Part shown: piece after piece, positions 54,627-64,000 of the stretch
Layout: every line of letters begins with the position of its first letter
Position numbering within the stretch: position 1 is the stretch's first letter
Source: Lytechinus pictus
Lineage: Eukaryota
NCBI RefSeq assembly: GCF_037042905.1
Contig: NC_087252.1
Coordinates: 3,040,001 to 3,104,000, forward strand
Length of the DNA stretch: 64,000 nt
Reading direction: 5' to 3'
The notes under the pieces: generated by a model
Database searches by the model: none
Told to the model about the DNA's origin: nothing
The model's input: the letters and a program-made list of their open reading frames with translations, nothing else
Position numbers and translations under genes: made by a program

Positions 54627-56559
54627 CAGTGGCGTAACGTGGGTCACGGCATTGGGGGGCACCAGCAAAAATTTCCAGTCACTTAGGGAGCGCGCGAAGC
54701 GCGCTCAGTTGCCATACTGACCTAATAGAGATATTTTAAGGACATGCAGTGCCATTAAACGGATATGTATCTCACTGATTAAATAATGCGAGCGCGAGGG
54801 CGCGAGCTGAAAATTTTTGATATTCAGAGCTAAAAAGGGACATTATAAGCAAATTTTTTTGTAATCATGATACGTAACTGTCTTGCTAAACAAACAATGC
54901 GAGCGCGAAGCGCGAGCTAAAATTTGTGTATATATTGACCCTAAACAGGGAAATTTTAAGGACTGTATTTTAGAATCCATTAAGAGTATAAATATCTCAC
55001 CATAGTCATCTAATGCTAGTGCCATCCTTGCTGATTTTGTTAGAATTACATCTAAGCACAGTCATAAAGCACCTTTTGTAGTTATTGTAATCATGATTGT
55101 CATACGCATCTTACTAATCAAATACTGCAAGCGCGAAGCGTGAGCTGAACATTTAGGAGATTCTGACCTGAAGAGAGACATTCTAAGGCTTGTTTGTAAG
55201 AATTCCCTAAGACCGTACGTATTTCACTAACCAAATAATGCGGGCGCGAAGCGCGAGTTGAAATCGTTATATATATTGACCCCAAGCATGGATATTTTAA
55301 GGACTATGTTTTTTAGGAATCCATTAAGAGCATACATATCTCACCATAGTCATCTAATGCGAGTGCCAAGTGCATGCTGATTTTGTTAGAATTACATCTA
55401 AACACATGAAGCAATTTTTGAAGTCATTGTAATCATGATTATCATACGCATCTCACTAATCAAATGCTGAAAATTTAGGAAATTCAGAACTGAAGAGGGG
55501 CATTCTAAGGCTTGTTTGTAGGAATTCACTAAGACCCTACGTATTTCACTAACCAAATGATGCGAGCGCGAAGCGCGAGCTGAAATTTTTTTATATTCAG
55601 ATCAGAAAAATTGACATTTTAGGGACCGATTCTAAGAGTCGGTATTTCTTCATCGACCATCACATCAACCTTATTCTTTTTTTTCTCTCTCTCATTCTCA
55701 TTTTCGTTTTATACCTGTACTTTACAAATCTTTAATTCACTGAGGGGTCCACACTCAACAAGCCCTGCTTTTTAGTGGATCCCTCCATTTACTCAACCTT
55801 ACTTATTGAAAAAAAAAAGAGTTATAAAGGTAGCCTTTTTTATATATTTTTTTTCCGAGAATGGCATACATTTTGTTGTATTTCCATCGTATATATTGTT
55901 ATTGGTTAATTTGATTATCACGTTATTTAGTGTTTACCATAAACATTTATTTACTTTCTTGTATAGTCATATTGCTTGCAATGTATATTCATTTGTATTG
56001 ATTTGTACGGTTATCATTTTATATCTGTGTAATTATTCCTTATCTTGTATTGAGTTGAGAAATGAAATAAAACTTAAACTTGAAACTTGAACTTGAACTT
56101 GAGTTCATGAAGAGCAGAAATCCCGGGAGAAATCCCACCAATCCACTAATGCGAACGTTAGCACGGATAGGAAATTTTGTATATTAAGACCTTAAAGTAG
56201 GGCAATCACTTTAAGTAGTCATGAAAAAAAAGAATATGTCACTACATTAAACAATAATAACTCGAATTGCGAGGAAATATATTTGTTGTATATTGATTTG
56301 AAAACGGGAGGTTTTAGTACAACATGATAAAATGTCTCGTTAAATAGTCTATGCGAGCACCAGGAACAGTGAAGACACAATGAAGCAAATAATGTTTCAT
56401 AAAGTTATGAAAAATGCTTCTTATGTAATATAACATAATGTAATACAACATTATGTCTTTCAATAATTTCTTTTCCCCACTACGTTTCTTTTCCTTTTTT
56501 CCCTCTTTTTCTCCTTTTCCCCGTTTTTTTTTTTTTTGGGGGGGGGGGGGCAGCCACTG
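54627..56559. mobile_element. hAT-like non-autonomous element with a nested LINE 3' tail (about 55640-56100)
   Basis: CAGTGGCGTAAC...GCCACTG; GCGAGCGCGAAGCGCGAGC repeats; the insert ends AATAAA plus (AACTTG)n. Confidence 0.7.
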
Positions 56560-56868
56560 GACTCATACCGTTTCACCTCTTTGAATAATAATATAGTTTA
56601 AATGACGTGACAATACAACTAGAATAGTTAGGTGATCAAAAATAATTGTCAAACAACCTGTCAATTTAGATGCTGACTGTATTGAATATTAGCACTGAAT
56701 TTCAAATTAACAAAACAGTTCTGTTAAGACGCACTGCTTATTAGGTAGCATTTACGGGAGCATTCATGTTAATGAAATATTGTAAATTAAAATCTATGAG
56801 CCATTCATTAAAGAATTGATATATATATATATATTTATATATATATACACATACATACATATATATAT

Positions 56869-56900
<32 letters not shown>

Positions 56901-56927
56901 AATCTTTAAAATGCCTGAAAGTAATAA

Positions 56928-57529
56928 AGGACAAGTCCACCCCAACAAAAACTTGATTTGAGTAAAAAGAAAAAAATTCAACAAGCATAACACTGAAAAT
57001 TTCATCAAAATCGGATGTAAAATAAGAAAGTTATGGCATTTTAAAGTTTCGCTTCATTTCACAAAAACAGTTACATGCACATCTCGGTCGGTATGGAAAT
57101 GAGGAACTGATGACATCACTCACTCACTATTTCTTTTGTATTTTATTATATGAAATATGAAATATCTTTATTTTCTCGTCATTGTCATGTGAAATGAAGT
57201 TTCATTCCTCCCTGAACACGTGGAATTCCATTATTTTATCATTTTGTGCTTCAGGCAAGGAGGTCCTAATCGTCAAATTCGTAAAAGTTGAAATATTGTA
57301 TAATTCAAACATTAAAAAACAACAGAAATAGTGAGTGAGTGACATCATCGACTCTCTCATTTGGATGTAACTGGCTCGTTCATGTAACTATTTTGTTAAA
57401 AATAAGTGAAACTTTGAAAAGTCATAACTTTCTTATTTTAAATCCGATTTTGATGAAATTTCCAGCATTGTGCTTGTCTGATTTCCTCTATTGATTCAAA
57501 TCTACATTTTTCTGAAGTGGACTTGACCT
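56928..57529. mobile_element. Kolobok-like MITE with long inverted arms
   Basis: AGGACAAGTCCAC...GTGGACTTGACCT followed by TTAA (left flank ATAA); internal inverted TTTCATCAAAATCGGA and TGACATCACTCACTCACTATTTC segments. Confidence 0.8.
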
Positions 57530-58383
57530 TTAAAGGTTATTCTGGGAACGTATTCTTGTATTCATTTGCGAGTACGCTAAACGTGCATTGTCATTAGATG
57601 TTTGTTTAATCATTAATGATCCGTAAATCAAAATTAGTATCAAAGTGATTAAGACATTGTGCATTTTCTTTGTCAAAAGCCTTCGAACATCAACTTGTAA
57701 TGTAATAATAACCACTATGAATTAGTTAGGATTATTTTAGGTTTCGTGTTTTATAATAATCAACTGTTTTAATCTATTAATCTTATGTTGAAATTGTAAA
57801 TTGAATAGTATTGTTTGTTCGCATGTCAAATCTCAGCTAAGATCATGATATAAACTCATTTATATCAACAGTAGGGGAAAAAGGTACAAAATGTACTTAC
57901 AAAAAATTAACTGATGAGGCAATAAAAGAATAGACACGGCTAAATGAACATGGGGCTGGTATGTGATGCCAGCAATGAAAGAATGATTAATGGAATTACA
58001 ATAGTAAAAATAATAATGACATTAATAGTGATAATACCAATAACAATAACGAATGAATATGAATATGCTAAGAATAAAACCTTTAATGAAATAAAATGCC
58101 TTGTACTGTAAATTTACAGTTTGAAAAATGATATTATATAGTCAGCTTAGACCCATTGGCAAATACCAAACATGACGGAACAATTTATTTTTATTCATTA
58201 TATGGGATGGCAAGTACAATTTAAAAAAAAACGTATCAATAATCATAATAATCTCATAAATAAAAAAAATAATGCGATCTGCAGCCAATGACTGACCTCC
58301 ATCTACTCATGCGGAATCTGTGATTACGAAATAGCACATTCAGTTATATTTGGCAAAGGAAATAAAAGAAAAACAATATCAAC

Positions 58384-58488
58384 CTTGCATTTCTCCATCA
58401 CTTGTCAGACTTGGATTACTTTCTTCAGGAGTTGTCACAAGATGTTTGATTGGGGGAGTTGTTCCTACATATTTTGGGGGAGTTGTTC
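58384..58488 (-). CDS. Ig receptor gene B, stalk exon (105 nt, or 81 nt from the alternative acceptor at 58464)
   Basis: GTTPPKYVGTTPPIKHLVTTPEESNPSLTSDGEMQ; phase 1/1; GTTGAT donor. Confidence 0.75.
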
Positions 58489-59607
58489 CTATATATTTTG
58501 GGAAATAAAAAGAGTGCATATTATTAACATTCAAACTAGTATCAACTGTATTAAGAAATACCCTTGATTGCATTCGTCATGTTACGGCATTACTTGTGTC
58601 CAGGATCCCTTAACAATCAGGGGGGGGGGGGACTTTTTATTGCTCTATTGAAAATCGAATAAAATGTATAATACAAAAAAAATTAAAATAACATGATATC
58701 CTGATCTAAGATCGGAAAGGATTTGTATCTATTTGAATTTCATTGACATGACACAAATCTTACTCCACAAAGTGACCACGGTGACTGGAGCACATTACTT
58801 TCCATATATATTGAGCTGAATTTAAACAATTTAAGAACTTTATGTTGGAATTTTTTGTCATAAAACATATTTTCTCTCTAGACAAATATTTCGAGAGCGA
58901 AGCACGAGCGGAGTGTTTTTTTTTGTGTGCATTTAAACCTGAAAAAGAGACATCCGCCATTATACTCGCGCGTATGAACTAAATGCCGTAAACGCAAGCG
59001 TATATTTTGTATAAACTGACCAGAAAAACTGAAATTTTAGCGATTGTTTGTAAGAATTCACTTAAATATTATTCATATACTCCTAAAATAAATAATACTG
59101 GTCGAATATGGATAATGTAAACTCCTTTATCAATCCCTGTCGGTTTTTTACAAGGTAATATTAAAAGGAGAAAAACTGGGAATGGTTCGAGGGGGAAAAA
59201 CAGGTAACAAGAGAAGGAAAAAATATCATATTAGCAAAAGGGACAAATAGAACAAATTTACATCTCTTCTTTGAAATAATAGAAGGGACAGAACTTTGAA
59301 TACGCGTGGCTTTCATGTGATCAAGGAAAGAGAATGGGGAGAAACCAAAAAATGAAATATTCACTTGTGGCAAATGACAATACAAAAATATAGCAGTAGA
59401 GTTTCGGTATTTGTATCAAATTAAAAGTGGAAAAAAAAATAATGTTTTTAATATTTAGTGAATTTCACAATGATTATGTATAATTGAATAAATACACGGA
59501 ATCTCTTTGATACAGGGTACAATCTAATTTTCATGTCATGGCTGAAAACAAATTTTCACACTTTTCTTTGAAAAAAAAAATCACTAATTAAACTCATGAA
59601 TGGTTAC

Positions 59608-59952
59608 CTTCATTTCTTAGGATGATTGATGTTGTTATGTGATGAAACGATGCATTCGCCACCCTACACATGACCACTACCTCCTCAATACCGCTGTATA
59701 ATGGTGTAAAGACGATAGTTCGCGAAGTCACACTTAGTCGTCCATCATGGGTAACATTCTCATTCTCTTGTAAATCATCATATACATTTATTCGATCTGA
59801 TACATCCCATTCCAAACTAACTGGTGGTTTCACTGATCCATTGGTCTTGCAGACTAGCGTCCTATTTTCCCCTTCTGCAACCGTAAGCGACATTTGCTTG
59901 TGTAGAACGACATTGTCGATTTGATCGATTACAATTAGTCCTTTAGGTGGAA
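59608..59952 (-). CDS. Ig receptor gene B, C2-type Ig exon
   Basis: tttcAG acceptor, GTAACC donor; 345 nt; VPPKGL...EGENRTLVCKT...KPPVSLEW...VMCRV; homologous to 20399-20761. Confidence 0.9.
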
Positions 59953-59987
59953 CTGAAATCATTTTAAAGATAATAATAATAATAATA

Positions 59988-60213
59988 AACTCTGGAACAA
60001 TCTCCCCGTCTCCATCTCCATCTCCATCCGTAATGCATCCACTGTCGAATCTTTCAAAACACTCCTCAAATCTTACCTCATTAAGCAGTCCTCTTTATTC
60101 CATATCCTGTTCTCTCTCACTGTATTTTGCTACTTCTTTTTTTTTTCTTTCCAATGCGCTTAGAAACTGTTGTATTAAGCGCTGTACAAATGTTAATTAT
60201 TATCATTATTATT
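59988..60213 (+). mobile_element. L2-type 3' end fragment
   Basis: CTCTGGAACAATCTCCCC (LWNNLP), FKTLLKSYL, then AATGCGCTTAGA...AAGCGCTGTACAAAT and a (TTA)n tail. Confidence 0.65.
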
Positions 60214-60593
60214 TAAAGATATGCCCCTAATTGTGATTATTGTTGGTGTTATTGTTTTTTTTTATGTGCAACAGATTTGGCAATTTGCACATTATGTTAA
60301 TCGAAACATGCTGATAGGGGGGGGGGGGTTCTATTATTTCATTATTGTCGGAGAAAATGTTTGGCCTATATTGTTTTTCCACAGGTTTTGCATACATGAA
60401 AATTCGCATCTCAATCATGACAATACAAAAGACAATTGCAACTATACAAATCAATACAATTATGGCAATAATAAAGAGGGTTGATTTTAAAATGAACGAA
60501 TGAAATTGAATTAAAGTATAATAGCCATGCAATCATCCAATTGACCTGATATTACCAACAACAAAAAAAAAACGAGTAAAGTGAAATAGATAC

Positions 60594-60908
60594 CATTTAC
60601 TGTCAAGCTGATGAAACATGTCTTTATGACCGGAAGGGCTTTTAGAGTAACAGAATATATATCCTCATCAACAATGGAAACGTTTATTATTGTCAAATTA
60701 CTGACAAGCTCATGATCCGTTCCAAGTGAATATCTTGCTGTATTTAGTCGGCATGTTGGTTCGGCATGTATGGAGCAAGAAAGGAATTCTGATTCATTAC
60801 TCCATTTCCAAGAAATGTCCTCTGAGTCTATTTCACTGCCCCAATCACAGTACAGGTGAGCGCTTTCCCCAGCATTAACATGGAAATGCATGTACCTGGT
60901 TTGATTAC
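60594..60908 (-). CDS. Ig receptor gene B, atypical V-like Ig exon
   Basis: tcttttAG acceptor, GTATCT donor; 315 nt, phase 1/1; AGESAHLYC...ISWKW...NLTIINVSIVDEDIY...TCFISLTVN. Confidence 0.88.
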
Positions 60909-62868
60909 CTAAAAGAAGAACAAAAAGTAAATTAATTAATCGTATCTTTGGTATCAATTATCCAGTGTATATTTTCATTTATTTCATGCAAGGGAAAAGT
61001 GTCCAGTAGATAAAATAAGATGCCTTGATCAAGGGTCATGGTGGGAATCGAACCCTAATCATTCATGATGTAGTCCAGCCCTTAGACCTCTCGGCCACGG
61101 CATCTCTGTCCTATTACAAGTTGGTGTTTTGTTTAATCACGACATTGCTTTGCATATATAGACCATTATGAGGTTTATTAAGAATAAGATAGATATGTAA
61201 AGCGAACATCGTTTTAAAGAAGCAAGGTAGTGAAATATGAATAATTGGTAACGGATTTATTATACCATACAACATTGTTAATGAATCGTAAATATTATAA
61301 TTGAACGGAAGTGAGAAAATGAAGGATTAAAAAGTAATGTAGGTATAATTCTATTACATTACAGTTGTATAGATCTTCAGTGGGTTAGCATATTTCCAAG
61401 AGATAGACAGACCACACAAGACAAAAATAAAGCAATTTAAAATTCAAATGAGGTATAAATCAATGTTAATGAAATAATAATTCACCGTAGCCAATGCCAT
61501 ATCCACCTTTATAGCAAACTCCCATTCCAAAAAGGAAAATGAAGATATATAACTGACACATAATCAAAGCTAGGGATCACACACTATTAAGGCACAGACA
61601 ACACAATTTACCAAACGAATTGAAATGACAATGTGCTCTACAGAAAATGGTCTCCCTATAACATTTGAATGGACTCAAAACTGCCAAAGTTGGCGCTATT
61701 TAAACTGACATGACATTTAATCATTTTACAAATTTGTCGATTGATATGACATTTGTTTTTTCTGCTTTTACATTGTTATGCAAGATATTTGGGCAGTTAA
61801 CTCTTATTTCTAGTAATTCTGAAAATTGATATTGATATATTTCTTTGTTTCGTATACCTGTACAAAATTTTGATTTATATGAATTGTCATTGTAAACTGA
61901 TTGATTTGAAAGAGAAAGAAAATACAATATTATTTTTTAAAAACCTGATTAAGCTCCCCTCTAAATCTTTTGCAATAAATCTGCTGCGCACAATCTTGAC
62001 CGCGTCGCTCGTTATATTTTTACTTTCGAATTTCCAGCAACTTTTGAGACCAACATTGCGACCCCGGGTACGCGGTTCCGAAATTACACAACATTTCGTA
62101 TTGAATCCAAATAGTGTTGTAGCCAAACTATATGAATGTACCAGTACTTTTCCTTTTGCATATTAAAATCAATATTTCAACCTGTTTATGGTCAACATAG
62201 AGTCCTCGACAATTTCCATTAAAAAATACGGTCGGAAGGAAAAGTAAGTAATTTCGAAAACAATAAAACAAATGAAAAAAGACATAAATATGATGTTGAT
62301 TTTTTTTTAAATACATTGGATCGGATTTTTATAAAGAATCTGTGAATCTGATTGATTGATTGAATTTATTCTTCTTCATTTCAAACAAATTAACAAAGTA
62401 AGTAAGAACTAATCAATATATGAATAAAATAAATGAAAAAAAAAGGAACTGACTGGAAAGCATCGTTTGTTTATGTGAGTCCCCTGAGATAAATAGCTGA
62501 GTAAAATTTATCAAATACAAATACAAATTATCAATGTTCGATAGAATAATTGAAAAATACCAATGGGGTCAATGTCAAGCTTTGTAAGTTTATGTACTAT
62601 AAAAAAGTTAATACAATCATGACAAGAAAATCATACCCCTGTTATACCCCTAAAATATACAAAACAACGATTCAGATAGTGTTTATAAAATACATTAGAC
62701 AAGTGTCACGTGGGAGTGACTTTTTTTAATCATTTACCTACTGCTACCTGATACTAAATAAGGAATACTTAAAACTGATAAATACAAATATTAAAAATTT
62801 AATCAAATCTTTTCAATCATTCTGTTATTTTCTTTGATTTATTTTACAATGATTGTACATGAAAATAG

Positions 62869-63226
62869 AATAATAATAATAATAATAGTCCGCATTTATA
62901 TAGCGCTTAATATATCGGAACGACGTCTCTAAGCGCTTTACAGACATACTATTACCCCGGTCATCGGATCCTTGCATGCCCGCATACAATGCATGCACAT
63001 TCTCCACTCCCTGGGGAGCATTCCAACAAGAGTTCAGAGACTCAATTGCTAGGCATACTACATATAGGCTTTCACATCCTACCGGGTACCCATTTAACAC
63101 ATGGGTGAAGAGTGGCAAAGTGTGGATTAACGCCTTGCCAAAGGACGCCAGGCCATGGTTTGATTCGAACATACGACCCTCTGATATACAAGGCGATAGT
63201 CAGAACCGCTACACCACGACGCTTCC
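62869..63226 (-). mobile_element. Full-length tRNA-derived SINE with an L2-type tail
   Basis: Box A TGGTGTAGCGG, box B GTTCGAATC, central CCTTTGGCAAGGC...AAATGGGTACC, 3' AAGCGCTTAGA...AAGCGCTATATAAAT and (TAT)n. Confidence 0.88.
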
Positions 63227-64000
63227 AACTATACATGGATATTGATGACAAAATATAACTTAACTTAAACAATAATAGTTGACTCGAGCCCCCATCATCT
63301 CATCTGGCCTGACATGCCTCACTCGACCATGATGGTGGGTCCAGTTCCTGACCTCCGCAGCTTGCGACGTCTCTTCCACTCGGACTCCGCAGACAGTGTT
63401 GTCCCTTGATGAGTAGCCCCCAGATCAGAGAGATGTGGCTTCAACGAATTAATGGACGAGATCGAACCCCCAATGATGACATGAATTTTGACCAGTCATG
63501 TCGATGGAGAACCGGCCGCAGCTGGGGTCGTTATCTTGTTACCGACGTAGTCCCTCAGTTTTAACTTCGACTGCCTATACTAACATCTGTGGTCTATTAT
63601 AGCTTAGGTGGTTCTCGCTGAACTGAAATTAAGCTCCTAATATACCCTAGCGTTACTAGGACTAACTGTAAAATTTCTAGAAAGTAATTCAAAGAATTTC
63701 AATAACAGATTAGTGCATAAAGAAACGCATTCTTATTAATAAAAGAGACTTCCTGTGTATCTGTACACCTACATTCATCAATGCTAGAGCATTGTATTGG
63801 CTTTTTATGACACCTGTATGAAAATGCTTCACTTAATAGGAAATATTTCTAACGCCTGTGCAAAATACGACATAAACCTGGTACACTTGTACTCTAAGGG
63901 GAGGGGGGGGGGATCAAACGTTTCCAACGCTTGCTTTTAAAATATTCAGAACATGTACATGCTTGTCTAAAAGCCTACCCTAACCTTAACCAAGTAAATA

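Noticed and set aside
62735..62820. Candidate signal-peptide exon for gene B
   Set aside because: The phase-1 frames before the available GT donors hit stop codons before any ATG; the true exon was not identified and may lie outside the window.
63155..63226. tRNA gene
   Set aside because: A and B boxes continue into a SINE body and L2-type tail; it is a SINE head. Similar head fragments lie near 61020-61100 and 49600-49690.
63975..63992. Telomeric repeat (CCCTAACCTTAACC)
   Set aside because: Only two to three degenerate units; such motifs are common inside interspersed repeats.

Overview
AT-rich, intron-containing animal genomic DNA; the repeat repertoire looks echinoderm/sea-urchin-like (inference). 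Three minus-strand host genes can be reconstructed from splice sites and phases: (1) the first three coding exons of a UDP-glucuronosyltransferase (3246 to the window edge); (2) a complete 7-exon, 432-aa type I membrane Ig-superfamily receptor, gene A (29781-13989: signal, atypical V-like Ig, C2-type Ig, stalk, TM, tyrosine-motif tail); (3) a tandem paralogue, gene B (60908-52672, signal exon not found). The paralogues have very divergent ectodomains and unalignable 5' introns but nearly identical tails and downstream DNA, and they share an unusual Ig cysteine pattern. The rest is mostly transposons: three foldback-type elements with clean 5-, 9- and 6-bp target-site duplications, a nearly intact LINE whose single reading frame runs hydrophobic leader / 2A-like / PHD / APE / RT, decayed CR1/L2-group LINEs, a tRNA-derived SINE, several MITEs and an Academ-like relic. 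All identities are by-eye estimates and no searches were run.
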